A DNA stretch of 64,000 bases from Mustelus asterias. Taxonomy: Eukaryota. Both the position numbers and the translations under genes were made by a program. Positions 1-13,100 of this stretch are shown here, in pieces (the stretch's first letter is position 1; each line of letters starts with the position of its first letter). Below the pieces are notes generated by a model, which did not search any database, was not told where the DNA came from, and was given only the letters and a program-made list of their open reading frames with translations. The stretch spans positions 36,828,001-36,892,000 of the forward strand of contig NC_135823.1 of assembly GCF_964213995.1 (NCBI RefSeq), given 5' to 3'.

Positions 1-1301
1 GCCGCTTGGTGCTTCAACAGTAGCCAGAAAAGTGGAATTGTTGTTAGAGGATGTCTCAGCAAATACACCAAAAATTATCAGGCTGTGAATGTTTCTCACT
101 ACAGTTTGATGAGTCAGTAGGCATGATGGAGACAGCTCAGATCAATGTGAATGAAAACAAAGATGCAACAACAATGGAGGACTTCTTCACTTTTTTGCCA
201 AAGTGAGGACAAGAGGCAAGGATGCCTACAAAGAATCTCTAAGGTATGTGACTGAGAAAAACATTAAAACATCCTGATCAGGAAACTGGTTTCAATCAAA
301 CTGATGGTGCACTGTCAATGCTAAGCGTCAATGCAGGCTTTGTTGCACTTCGCAAAAATGATCTTGAATTCCCCTCCTTTATCAATTATCACTCTGCTAT
401 CCACTAACAAGCACTAGCAAGGTTATTGAATTTTCTCATGTAATGACAGTCATTGTCAAGATCCCTGAAATTGTCACCTTCCTTAAATCAAGAAATAAGG
501 TGTACAGCAAGCTGTCAAATAACGTGTGGTTGCTAGTCCTGGCATTTCTCACAGATGCAAGTATAAAATTGAATGAGCTAAACAGTGAACTGCAGGAGAG
601 GGACAGAGACTTGAATATATTCACTACACTGATCATGTATGAGAAGTTGAAACTGAGTCTGTGCTCTTCCCAGATATGGAACAAAATTGAGCACTTCTCA
701 AACCTGGAGAAAATCTAACAACAGATCAAACAGAAAGGGTCTCATCCTGAAAGGTGATCACCTGAATTTCAGGAGTTAGACAAGATGCAACAAATTATTA
801 TATTCGTCTCAAATCCATTTCTTCAAGTAGACATTGGAGAACTGACACCAAATTTCAGCAGGTGTTCGAACAAAGCAGTGAACTTGATATGGAAATAATC
901 ACCATGCAAAATATCAGAGCTGAAAACTCGGTCAAGGGACAAAGATATTTGGGGACTTGTAAACAGAGAGAGGTACCCTCTTCTGACATCATATGCACTC
1001 AAGGCGAAGGTCAATTTTGGTTCCGCATACCTGTGAGGGATTTTTTCCCCAGATGAAAATCATCAAGTCCAAGCATCGCACCTGTCGCACAGAGACCCAT
1101 CTGATGGACTATGAGACTGGCCATCTCAAACTGCGGCCCAGACTTCACAGCACTCACAGATAGTGTGCAAGCACAGGTGTCACATTAGGAATAGATGAAT
1201 GTTATGCACAAGTACATTTTAGGAGGTTTTAGTAAAGTTGAATTTGTGCTGCATTTTGAAGCTAAAAGTGATCTTGTATGTAAAAAGGTTGGAGACTACT
1301 G
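1..1301 (+). mobile_element. Decayed hAT (Buster/Charlie/SPIN-like) DNA transposon, transposase C-terminal part plus right TIR
   Basis: Frameshifted motifs: FSLQFDES..ETAQ (~93-140), TDGA (~300), YHSAIH*QALA (CxxH region, ~387-420), WLLVLAFLTD..KLNELNSELQ (ORF 443-718), FGSAYL..FSQMKIIKSKHR (hATC, ~1016-1080). Ends in GGTTGGAGACTACTG (1287-1301), a hAT-type TIR. Confidence 0.85.
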
Positions 1302-1865
1302 TGCTAACATATATCCATGATTCAGTATCCATCATTATTGGGATATGAAAATGGAGATGTTGCTGGATTGCTATACCTCCGACTCGTGAAAATACTGTCC
1401 CTTGGGATATAGTATTTTTGGTTAAAAAAATTAAACTAAGTTAAACAAACGAGTAGTCCCCTTAAAGACTCCATGGGATATACAAGGACTCAAATCCACA
1501 ATTGTCTGTCAGTAGATGATTTGTAACTCTTCTTGTGAAAAGGAAGATGTATAAAAAAAGGTTTCTTACAGCTGAAAAGTACTTACCCGGTGATAGAAGT
1601 TTAGGAATAATTACTCCAATACAAGAAGCCTACAAGTCTGCATTACTCCAGCACATTGTTGATAATTGGTCAATTTGCCTGCCTCGGTAATGAAAGCTAT
1701 AAAAATGGACCAAACACTGGAGGCTGGAATTTTTCTAAATTTAATTAAGAAAACCCAACTTTCTGCCAGGTATGGCAATCCTAGTTGAAAAAAATCAGTA
1801 ATTCTAGCCCCAGCCAAACATAATCTTCATTAACCCTTGGCTCTATCAATCTGCATCTTAAGAAC

Positions 1866-2160
1866 AAACTTACATTTATATAGCACCTTTCATGTCTTCA
1901 GGACATCCAATGAGCATAAACACAACAGCCAATCCCACCGAGATCATTCATTTTAGGATGTTAGTGGAGGGATTAAATGCTAACTGACATACAAAAACAT
2001 CCTCATATTTCAAATAGTCCCGAGGAATCTTTTACATCCACTAATGGGGATGCAATGAACACAATTTGCTTCTTTCTCACTCCTTTGCAGTATTCTGACT
2101 GGGAGTGCAATTTGAGTAGTGTATGAAAGGATCTTAGCCAAAACAGTGTTTGATTCTGTT
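1866..2160 (-). mobile_element. Degenerate Deu-type SINE fragment
   Basis: ACTTACATTTATATAGCACCTTTCA is the reverse complement of the tail type seen on the + copy at 52385-52805. Similar decayed pieces occur at ~33200-33400 and ~36120-36450. Confidence 0.5.
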
Positions 2161-2242
2161 CCCTCCCATTTGAACTGGCAGATATTGACAAAATGTGAAG
2201 AAAAACCCCACTATAACGTGTCCAACAAAATGGATTCAAATA

Positions 2243-2897
2243 AAAGCAAAACGCTGCAGATGCTGGAAATCTGAAATAAAAATTAGGTGCTGAAAAGTTT
2301 GGCGGGTCTGGCAGCATCTGTGGAGAGAGAAACAAACACTGACTCCAATATGACTCGAGTTCCAAAGAATCATATTAGTCTTGACACACTAAAATGATTC
2401 AAGTTTGGTTTTCCTGCTGACGGTTCAGCCGGCGCAGAAAACTAGAACTGTAGATGTCCTGTTTAAATTTCACACAAAATTACTCTCTGCAACAAACACT
2501 AAAACAAAGAATGTTTGTTTAACATTTTGCTTAAAAAATCTACTCCGAGACTATTTTCTGGAGGAAAATGTGAGCAGATACCTGCTCTCAACTGGGGAAA
2601 GGCATGGTTCCTCAACTTTTCCTTTCTCTTTGCAGAGAAATGTAAAACAGGCAGGTTCCTTTCACACAAAACAAAATTTTAGCAATAGTCACTTTTCAGA
2701 GACAGCAACAGAAAGAGCTTCCAGTCACTATTCTATCATGATTAGTTACAGTTTCTTTTAATTCAACCACAACTCAAATTATTTTGTCATACAGACTGGA
2801 AATGTTAACTGTCTCTCTCAACAGATGCTGCCAGGTCTGAGTTTTTCCCTGCATTTTCTGTTTTTATTTCAGATTTCCAGCATCCGCAGTACTTTGC
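2243..2897. repeat. Inverted pair of Penelope-like terminal repeat fragments
   Basis: 2243-2335 (GCAAAACGCTGCAGATGCTGGAAATCTGAAATAAAA...GGCAGCATCTGTGGAGAGAG) is the reverse complement of ~2810-2897 (CTCTCTCAACAGATGCTGCC...TTTTATTTCAGATTTCCAGCATCCGCAGTACTTTGC). Confidence 0.7.
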
Positions 2898-3219
2898 AGA
2901 ATAACAACGTGTAAAACATTTTGCAGAAAAAGGAATTTGTGGGCTCACCTGAAAGTACAAAATCTTTAAATAGTCTGGGTTTGTCATGCCTGTGTCAAGA
3001 ATGCAAGTGTAAGACGACAATGGACACATATTTTTTCTAAAATGGCATATGGACAATTTATCTTGACCCAAAATGGAGCCCAGAGTCATGTGACTTTTGT
3101 ACTTTTTGCACAAAGAACTAGTTCATGTCTCTGTAAAGTCATTAAAATGTAAATGTCCATGGGTAGTGTGCCCCTCCCTTGAAGAGGCATTCTAGATTAA
3201 AACCACTTGTGGTTTTAGC

Positions 3220-3864
3220 TTTTTTTCATTATCTAATGCAGTGGTTCCCAAAGGGTGCGGCGAGAGGGAATGGCAAGTGCGGCGGGAAGATTCAAGGACA
3301 ATCAAAAAAACATTTAAACATGGTTTAAACAAGCATTGTTTTATACTTTCTGGATGTCCCATGATCATATTATAAAGTAGTTGTGTTCTATGTTATGAAT
3401 CAAGCACTGCTAGGAGGTTTTTTTTTTGTTTTTGAATGCATTTCTTATCAATAAAAAATTTGGTGTGGCGCGAGCAAATTTTTATTTCGAAAGTGCGGCC
3501 CAGTGAAAAAAGTTTGGGAACCACTGATCTAATGGGATGTGGGCACTAGTGGCAAGGCCATTATTTGTTGCCCATCCCTAATTACCCTTGAACTGAGTGG
3601 CTAGCTAGGCCACTTAGATGCTTTTTAAGAGTTAAACCATATGGCTGGTGGTCTGGAATCACATGTGGGCCAGACCAAGTAAGGATGGAAGATTGCATTC
3701 CTGAAAGGGCATTAATGAACCAGATGGGTTTTTACAACAATTGATGAGTTATTAATGGAATTTAAATTCCACCAGCTACCATGGTGGGATTCGAACCAGT
3801 CTCCCTCAAATATTAGCCTGGGCCTCTGGATTACTGGTCCAGCAACATTACCATTACACCACCA
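3220..3864 (-). mobile_element. tRNA-headed SINE with LINE-derived 3' tail, interrupted by the MITE
   Basis: Minus strand has an A-box-like TGGTGTAATGG (~3853-3863) and a B-box GGTTCGAATCC (~3787-3797). The tail GCCCATCCCTAATT.CCCTTGA is shared with the LINE ends at ~17170 and ~24800. Confidence 0.7.
3239..3526. mobile_element. Intact 288-bp hAT-type MITE
   Basis: Perfect 14-bp TIRs CAGTGGTTCCCAAA (3239-3252) and TTTGGGAACCACTG (3513-3526). Perfect 8-bp TSD ATCTAATG at 3231-3238 and 3527-3534. Confidence 0.95.
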
Positions 3865-5781
3865 TCTGCCCCAATTCTATTTACTGAAACTCAAATTCAG
3901 TGGATCCCACCGTCGCCCCCCCCCCCCTCCCCCCCCCCCTCAACTAGCTTGAAAACTAACAAGAGATTGGGGAGAAACCAGTTTATTACAAGCAAGTGTG
4001 AAAAGCCACCATTCACACCCTCCTCCTCCCCCCTCCCCCCCCATTGTGTGGTAAAGGCCTCTAACATCATATCATCTATGTCGATAACAGATGTACTGAT
4101 CACGTGGTCACATGAACAAAACGTACTAGAGATAACACATCTTATTAGTCCAAGGACCAGTTAGAGGCAACTCAGTTTGGAGACCAACAAGACACAAGAG
4201 GGACCAACTTCCTACAAAAGGACAGAACCCTACTTAACAACCAGTCAACAGAGGCAGTGAGAGAGGTGTTAATTTGTTCCCACCTGAAACAAAAGTTGTT
4301 CTCTTTTTTTCTAAAGAAGCTTGGATGAAACTTTATCTAAAATCCCAGGAGATTTCCAACCTCACATTCAAAGAACCACAAGTGGGGACCCTACCTCCAG
4401 GCCTTTTGACAAGTTTATCCTAAAGGACCAATTCAAGCACGTGATCGGTTTACTTGTTATTCCCTTATCAATCTAAGTGCGCACATCATCTGTAAAACCC
4501 ATCTTTTCTTGGATGTCTAGGTCTTTGTGTGAGAGAGTTAATGCTTCAACGCACTTATGGTCTGTGTGTTGTGTGAATAAATGTTTATCTTGTCTTTTGA
4601 CTTCAACTTACCAGAAAGTCTGTTTCATGTTTTATCCTTTAAAGTCACAACACTCAGAAGGGTTTATAAAGCTCCCTCTAAAAAATATACATCTTGTTTT
4701 GGACAACCAAGAGTTGAGGGAAAAAGCGAAAAGTTGTCCCACACCTCTCCTCATCCATAACAGCATTGAAAAATGTACGCATCAGATGGTTGACATGGAA
4801 TTACAAATGGTATTGAACTGAACAATGTCTCTCAAACTAGAGTGAAACTCAAGCAGTTTAGCAAATTTAAGGATATAATCAGTGTCAGGCAGCTATAAAC
4901 AGCCTATAGTTTTTACTAAATAAAATATACTTGCATCTCCTCAGGTGTCCTGACTCATGTAGGGGAGACATGACTGCCAAACAATTCACTGTCAACTAGT
5001 TGAATATGTATTGAATAACACGAGTAATATAACACTCCATTTAATTCATGCAAAACACTGGAAAAACATGTATACAATATCACACACTACCTGTATTTCA
5101 ACTACATAAACAGAGGAAAGCAAGATACTAGTCAGATATCTACACACTGGGAAATGAATAGACATGAAATTGTATTGTTTTCAAATATTCAAGTGGATAG
5201 AGATATGTATAAACAGGAGGCAAAGTCAGAATTACTACTGGGAGATAAAACAGAGAGAAACTAAAATAAACTTTAAAAAATTATGAACTTATTACCCTGA
5301 AGTAACTATTGAGATAGTGACAAGTACATTGTTTAAAAAGGAACTGGGTAATAATGAAAAGGAGAAAATTCAAGTTTTATGCAAGGAAAGGGTCGAAAAA
5401 TTTAATGAGAACTGACAATTCCAGTTGATGGCACAGGTGTGAGACCAAACTGCCTCCTTGTGTGTTCCAGTTTCTAGGTTTCCATGAACAGACTGCCAGA
5501 ATGAAATTTTCTGCTTCCAACATTTACAAGTAGAATTCTTCCCGTATAATGACTCAACTGGGACTAGCTAGATAATGGAAATGAAATGGTTTCATCATTC
5601 CTTGGATCAATAAAATGACTGATCAAAGAACAAGACACCAACCCATTGTTATGAAGTGCAACATAGCATTATTTCGCGAGGGGAGAAAAGAGCAGGGGGA
5701 GTGAATAAGGGATCAATGAGGTAGAATTTACAGAAAATGAAAAATGCACAGAATAAAGTAGCTGCAGAAGAAGGGGATAGC

Positions 5782-6352
5782 CATGATGTGGAGATGCCGG
5801 CGTTGGACTGGGGAAGGCACAGTAAGAAGTCTCACAACACCAGGTTAAAGTCCAATAAGTTTATTTGGTAGCACGAGCTTTCAGAGCGCTGCCCCTTCAT
5901 CAGGTGAGTGGAGAGTTGGGTTCACAAACAGGGCACATATAGACACAAGCCCAATTACAAGAGAATGGTTGGAATGTGAGTCTTAACAGGTAACCAAGTC
6001 TTTACAGGTGCAGATAATGCGAGTGGAGAGGGGGATCTTGGGTTCATGTCACAGTATCTGTAACCCCCACGACTTGCCTGGGCTTCCAAAATCTTACTAA
6101 CTGTAAGGCTGGACAATTCACACCTCTTTAACCTGTGCTTAACCCTCTCTCCACTCGCATTGTCTGTACCTGTAAAGACTTGGTTACCTGTTAAGACTCG
6201 CATTCCAACCATTCTCTTGTAAATTGAGCTTGTGTCTATATCTGCCCTGTTTGTGAACCCAATTCTCCACTCACCTGATGAAGGGGCAGCGCTCTGAAAG
6301 CTCGTGCTACCAAATAAACCTGTTGACTTTAACCTGGTGTTGTGAGACTTCT
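5782..6352. mobile_element. Penelope-like element remnant: ~205-bp inverted repeat arms with hammerhead-core motifs
   Basis: ~5826-6030 is a near-perfect reverse complement of ~6146-6352. Each arm has CTGATGA-AGGGGCAGCGCTCT-GAAA (+ 6275-6299; - 5879-5903). The left arm carries an extra ~40-bp tail. Confidence 0.8.
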
Positions 6353-7034
6353 GACAGAAGGAGAAGCCATCAAAAACAGCACCCGGTAAACAGAAGCTGT
6401 AACCTCAAATTATCATCTTGCAATGAACCAGATTAACTTCCTGAAAAGCATTTCTGCAGATTATTATTCATGTGGTCAAGAATACTTACACATTTTACTT
6501 TATTTTCAATAAAGACATGTTCATTGAACTATTATGCACAAAGTGCATAAACTCTCAAAAGATGAAATGAATCACAAGAAAATGACATGCAGAAATAAAT
6601 GTGACAAATAGTATTTTTGAAAATCAAATTTATTAACAAAATTAAAAAACAAAGGAAAATGAATTTGATCGTGCTAAATAACCTTACACTACAATCTGCA
6701 CAATTCACAATAAAAGCTCAGTTCGTAACAAGCATGCCAGTATTTTCCTACAACTATGTTCTAACAGCACAATTTCAGTATATAAATCTATTTTACCTTC
6801 TGTAGTTACAAAAAGAAATGCTACGAGAACTCACATCACTTCTCCACTTCTTGATGCAAAGTAAGACTTGTTCATTTACACGTACCAAGATGAATTGAAA
6901 TCGCTATGGGTTTCAGTTATTGAAATGTAAGCTTCAACAGAATGGAATAGACCAAATACATATCCATCAAAATGATGGATTTAAATCAAGCATTATGTTT
7001 TAAGTCATTTGGTAGTACAGAACTTTAATGTAGC

Positions 7035-7120
7035 TGAAAAGGCGGATACGTTGCTGAAGTTTTTCATCTTGCACTCATCAGGACAAACACAAGAATGCCA
7101 AATTTCAAACAATCACAATT
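7035..7120 (-). repeat. Fragment of a second Penelope-like family with a degenerate minimal hammerhead
   Basis: Minus strand reads TTTGTC-CTGATGA-GTGCAAGAT-GAAA-AACTT-C-AGCAA (7088-7051). Confidence 0.55.
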
Positions 7121-9094
7121 CCACAGCAGAAAAGGGACAAGTCTATTTTGATTCTCAAGTAACAGAGAAACTATAGGCTCCCCATGCTTCTGGGTAATTT
7201 AATATATTTAGATTGTTGCATTTTGAAAATTTCAAAAAAAAAGTGTCCAAAATGGGAATTTATCTTTATTTCAAAAGGTGGCTGTCTCTCTTCAGTAAGG
7301 ATCAAAATTGAAGACAGGAGACTGATAGCTGCATGCTATGAATCACTGTCCTCTATTCAAAAGCTAATTAACAAAAGGGGTATTTGATAGCTAACATATA
7401 TAGGGCCATTTTCAGTTTTCAATCCAACATTAAAATAAGCAGACTTATGCTGTGTCCAAAAATGAACATATTTGATTTGTTTCATACTAGGTACAGCCTG
7501 CGTATCAAATTTTACCAATATTTATGATGCAGACTGTGTTAAGCTTAACATAATATTTTCATGCATTCTGCCTTTGCTCTTAAGTGTTTGTTGCTTTGTC
7601 TTCAAAGCAGAAAAGGGTACAATGTCGGCCTATTTTTCAATGTTCCTCGATTCTGTCCTAAACAGTAATGAATTTCATGGACATTTGAAGCTCATACATT
7701 CAATTTGCAATATGAAAGGAAATAGGAGACAGAAAACTAATCATTTCATACAAAGTAAGTGTTACCAGCAGAGAGTGCAAGGAGCATTTTATTTTGGAAT
7801 GTGGCAAATTAATTGATTCTACTTCTTCATGGTGTATTGCAGTAAATAGCATCTGGCCTATTTGGCATTTTTATTGGTAGATAAATCTTGACTTTTTTTG
7901 TATGCAGTCATCTGTTGGTGTTGCTTTTTCCACCTTTTCAGGTGACAACAGAACATGATGGTCATCTCACATATTCTCCAGCAAGCAATTCATCATGAGT
8001 CAATTCTAACTGTTAAACCAGGGCTGTATTAATCCACATGTGGCAAATAATAAACATGTTTTGGCTCAGAAGACAGCAAGCTGACTGAAGGAAACAGTAG
8101 TTTAATCTAAACACAAGAAGCCATTCAGAAGAAGTCCAAAATTGTTATTGCGGTTTCAAATTTCATTCCCTTCAGTTGTGCATTCCTTTGTTGCTTTTGA
8201 TAGGTTAATCAAAGCGTACCCAAATGTAGACATGATTCTCACTCTGTAATAAAGGTCTTAAACCAAGGGCCATTTTTCCACTCCCCCTACTCCTCCTCCC
8301 ACTGCCCACCAGCCCTCCTACCTGATTTTCCAGGTTGCCAATGTAGTATCTCAATACAGTGCATTCCCTTGATTCACTGCTGAATTTAGAAAATGTAAAT
8401 GGGTAACTGAAAAGTCATTGGGAACAACTTCCTCACAGCACCCAAGTTACCTTCATCTTTCATTTTATTTTATTGTGGCCGGATGAACTTGCACCATGGA
8501 ACAGAAACCATTCAACCTAGAGTTGGAAATGCATATAAGGTTGTTCCTTATAGAGACATAATTTATGTCCTTTTGAACCTCAATTTATACATTTCTTTAG
8601 AAATAAAATGGAAAAGAATTGAATCCGTTGTTCTGTTTGAGCCTGTACTGCTCAAGTGTATCAACAAAAAATGACTCCTTGATAAACACAATTGACATTT
8701 TTAAGTGCCATGAAACCTTTTGAATCAAGACATAAATATTGTGGTTAAAATCAAGTATTTACCAGCCGTATGAGGCATAAGATTCTGTACAGTAATTCCT
8801 GAAGTCTAATAGCCTCGACTGATGCAGTAGAACTATCAGTATAGCTGGTTACATTCAGCCCTTCCTTGCAGTTATACGCCTGCTTACACTTCTGCTGCCA
8901 GGCCTGCTGGTATGCTTGGTCACAAGACTCTCCAGGCCTTCTTTCAGCCATGTTTCAGACCACAACCTGCAATAAATAGTTACAAATTAATTGAAGAAAC
9001 ATTTGTCCGATTGCTTTATACTAGTTTAAAAACAAGTCCTCCCTCATCTTTGCACTGCATCCAGGGGTACTTATTAAATACTCAAAATAGTATG

Positions 9095-10145
9095 GGTCTT
9101 CTGATTGGCAGTCAGTGACTAGTGGGGTTCTGCAGAGGTCTGTGTTAGGACCTCAACCTTTCACATTATATATTAATGATTTGGAAGAGGGAACTGAATG
9201 TATTCTCTCTAAATTTGCAGATGATATAAAGTTGGGTGGGAGGGTGAGATGCTTAAGCGTGATTTGGACAGGCTGAGTGGGTGGGCATCTGCACAGCAGA
9301 TGCAGTATAATATGGATAAATGTGAGGTTATCCACGTTGGTAACAATATTAGGAAGACAGGTTATTACTTGAATGGGTGTAAATTGAGAGAGATGGATAA
9401 TCAACGAGATTTTGGAGTCCTTGTGTATCAGTCGCTGAAAGTAAGCATGCAGGTACAGCAGGCAGTAAAAAGGTGGCAAAATGGTATGTTCGCCTTCATA
9501 GCGAGAAGATTTGAGTACAGTTTTGCTGAAATTGTGTAGGGTGTTCATGGGGCCACACCTGGAGTATTGTGTGCAGTTTTGGTGCCCTTATCTGAGGAAG
9601 GACGTCCTTGCTATAGAGGGAGTACAACGAAGGTTTACTAGGCTGATTCTTGGGATGGCAGGTCTGTCATACGAGGAGAGACTAAGTTGGTTAGGATTAT
9701 ATTCACTGGAGTTTAGAAGAGTGAGAGGGGATCTCATAGAAACTTATAAAATTCTAACAGGGTTAGACAGGGTAGATTCAGAAAGAATGTTCTCAATGGT
9801 GGGGGAGTCCAGAACTAGGGGTCATAGTTTGAGGGTAAGGGGTAAACATTTTAGAACAGAGTTGAGGAGAAATTTTTTCACCCCGAGGGTGGTAAATGTG
9901 TGAAATTCACCACCACAGAATATAGTTGACACCAAAATGTTGTCTGATTTCAAGAAGAAATTAGATATAGCGCTTGGAACTCAAGGGATCAAGGGATATG
10001 GGGGGAGGGGGGTTGGGATAAGGATATTGAATTCGATGGAAAATCGGGATATTGAATTCGATGATCAGCCATGATCAAAATGAATGGTGGAGCAGACTCA
10101 GAGCCGGATGGCCTACTCCTGCTTCTAGTTTCTATATTTCTATGT
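9095..10145 (+). mobile_element. CR1-clade LINE (HER1-like), 5'-truncated 3' end
   Basis: RT motifs VTSGV..SVLGP and KFADD (~9211), then PHLEYCVQFW, EGVQRRFTR and RGDLIETYKI (ORF 9511-9903). The 3'UTR ends in (TTCTATG)-like repeats. Confidence 0.92.
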
Positions 10146-13100
10146 AAGCTGCTTGACCCTCAGCCATAAAATAATTTTCTCCAATTACAGTAATTTGGCT
10201 CCATTAATCTTCCAGTCATTTTCTTGCTGCAGAGGGCACCTGAATATCACTGATAGCAATACATTTATTTATGGGAACACAAGAAAACACATGAAACCCA
10301 AAAAAATGTAAGTTACTCAATTTTTAACTATTTGTTAATTGATGAAATCAATGATTTATTATGATATCCAGATGAAAACAGAAATAATTAACCATCTTTG
10401 GGCCATCTCCAATGCCTCTATCATTTTATGACTTATGTACAAAGTATTCTAGGTATAAGATAATCAAAGTCCAATACAAGATGAGCAGAACCTCTCTACC
10501 GTCTTCCAAGAATCCAATGAGGCTAGTGAAGCAAGGCTCTCTCTTTGGAAATCCATATTTATGATAAATTATTATACATCTGATTTTCCTAATGCTAAGA
10601 GAATTGATCTATAGTTCCTTGGACATCCCTTCCTAAATATAGGCAGCAGCTAGTCTTCTGGTACTATACCTTTTTTTTTAAACGAGATATATATTAAATA
10701 GTGTGTAATAGTGTCTCTGCTATTTCTTCCCTAAATGTGGTGCAATCCATCCAGACCAGGGATTTTACACTGAGCTTTGATTCATTTATATAACACTGTT
10801 TTATTTAAAATGTGGTTATATGACTTCTAATCATAATTTCCAATGCTGTATCATGTTTTCTTAATCCAACTCACTGGTTAAATAAAATTAAGATGTTATT
10901 TCTTCCATTTTGCTATCCCTGCCTTGGTTTCATTCTAACTGCCCCTTAACCTGAAACATTTCTCAGATTGTCTGTAGAATATTTTACTACTTTGTTTAAT
11001 GTTCGTTAATAGTTTATTAGTTCCTATTCACCTTCTTTCCTACTCACTTTCTACTCTCCCAGGTCTTGTTCTCCTCGGCTGTCCACGTACAGTGTTATCC
11101 CCTTTCCTTATCCTCATTTTTCCCTTATATGTTTAGTCAGCCATAGTTTCTTATTACTGTCTAGGCGACAGAATATATTTTTTCCTGGGTTCTGCTGAAC
11201 ACCATTTTAAATGTTTCCCAGTAATGTTTTACATCATAATTCACCATTGAACTGAAATACCTAAACTCCCATGGTGAAATTTGAACTCACATTCTGTGAA
11301 GAATTAAACCAGATCTCTAGATTGTGAATCCAGTAATGTAACTACGAAGTTACCCTAACCACTCTTCTTCTTACTTCAACCCCACCATGTAAAATAGAGT
11401 TTTCTATTCCATCTCATTTTTTCGACAGTAGTTCAAATGCAAAATTCTCACTGACCTCCCTGTGCAGCAATTCGGGAGTTACTCACTATTACTAATTAAT
11501 TCACCTCATCTTCTATTTATTATTTTTAATCTCTGCTATAGTCTTCCGGATTTTAGGTCTTCATCTCACACAACTAAAAAGTGAAATTAATTTGGATAGC
11601 TGATGGAGTAAGTGGCACAGTTGTTACGAGTGTGTAGACAATAGTTTAATACCTAGCACTCAGTTGACAGTGTCATTTAGAGGCCATGGTAACAGTTAAC
11701 ATTAAAGAGACATCTACTACAGTTGGTGGGATTGCCCATTAGGATGGGATAGACATAGATAATTGGAACCAGAGTAAGAAGAGGATTTAATTCTACACTC
11801 AGCCCATTCCATAACCAGTGACAACATCACTGGGAGCCGGAAGAAATTATTTCCAAACTTAATAACAAAAAAGTCCATATCTTCATAAATCCATTTTGCC
11901 CCAAGTTTCCTCATTAGTGCTTTCAGCTCATCCCATGTGATGCTTTGAAAACAAAAACAATTCAACTGATGGAAGTTGTAAAGACAAGGTTGCTTAAGAT
12001 ATAGACTATACAATTACATTAAGCCATTGAATGCATTGACATACTGTACCATCTTCCATCCCCACACAAGCTCAAAGTTCAAATGGATTGTTAAGATGGT
12101 GGGACAGGGGAGAGGGATGTGGATGGTATCTGGTACATAGAAAGAAAAAAGGATAATGGGAAACAAGTGGAGAGAGAATCAAATTGGGGAGCTCCTTTTA
12201 TCTTTCAAAAAAAGCAGATAGACAGGAAATCTCAAATCAGGTCAATGCTTGGCAACTCCCAGTCCAGAAACAGGTGGCACACTTAAAATTATCAATACAC
12301 AAGCACTGCCACAATCTATTTTAAATTATGTAGTCCAAGGTGGTTAAGTGCCTGATCAGTCTATTATGTGTTTGCAATTGTATCACACAACAGAAATGGC
12401 AAGAAAAGAACTGGCATTAAAAAATCTGCCTTCCCTTTGCAATATAATGCAAAATAAGATGTTGGTACTGGTCTATCATTTCTCTTGAATAAAAAAATCT
12501 GCTGTAAAGGATATGGCTTGGATAAAACAAGCAGAATATATACAGTAACTCAAAATTAGGAGATCTGAATATTTTAATATATATTTTTGGGACAGGCAGC
12601 AGTGGAAAAAAAATGCACCCATGGAAATGGAAATCTCATTTTAAAAGGCAAATTATTACTCAGAACTAATTAATTCTTGCCACCTTACTACCTGCTAATG
12701 AAAAATGGTACAAATCGCACTTCAAATGTCAGTAACCTCGAAAGTGGGTAATATGATGTACAAAATGCATTTTGAGAGTCTAAACTGACATGGGCCTCTA
12801 GACAATGGACAGCCAAAATAAAAGTTTTCAATTTTACCAGCATACCTCTTACTAAATATCAAGCTCCGTTCACAAAACTATCTATTTGACCAACAGATAC
12901 ATGGAAGTGATCACAATGCATTGACAATATGGAGCACAGATAAAACTCCCAAAACTATTAACTGAAACCCAAGGTGTATTCTAAACCAATTGTTATTTTT
13001 CTTTTTAGTGACTCGATATAATTTCTGAACAGTGGTTTCATTCAGCATTTGGCTTTTTCCTTGGTTGGCTCTATCTTGACACAGAATAATATCCAGGTCA

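Noticed and set aside
443-1056. Domesticated hAT gene (GTF2IRD2/ZBED/EPM2AIP1-like)
   Set aside because: Multiple stops and frameshifts, a mutated CxxH motif and a retained TIR indicate a dead transposon.
3950-4762. Possible solo LTR (AATAAA at ~4576, ends CCATAACA)
   Set aside because: No matching TG.. start, TSD, PBS or PPT identified; insufficient support.
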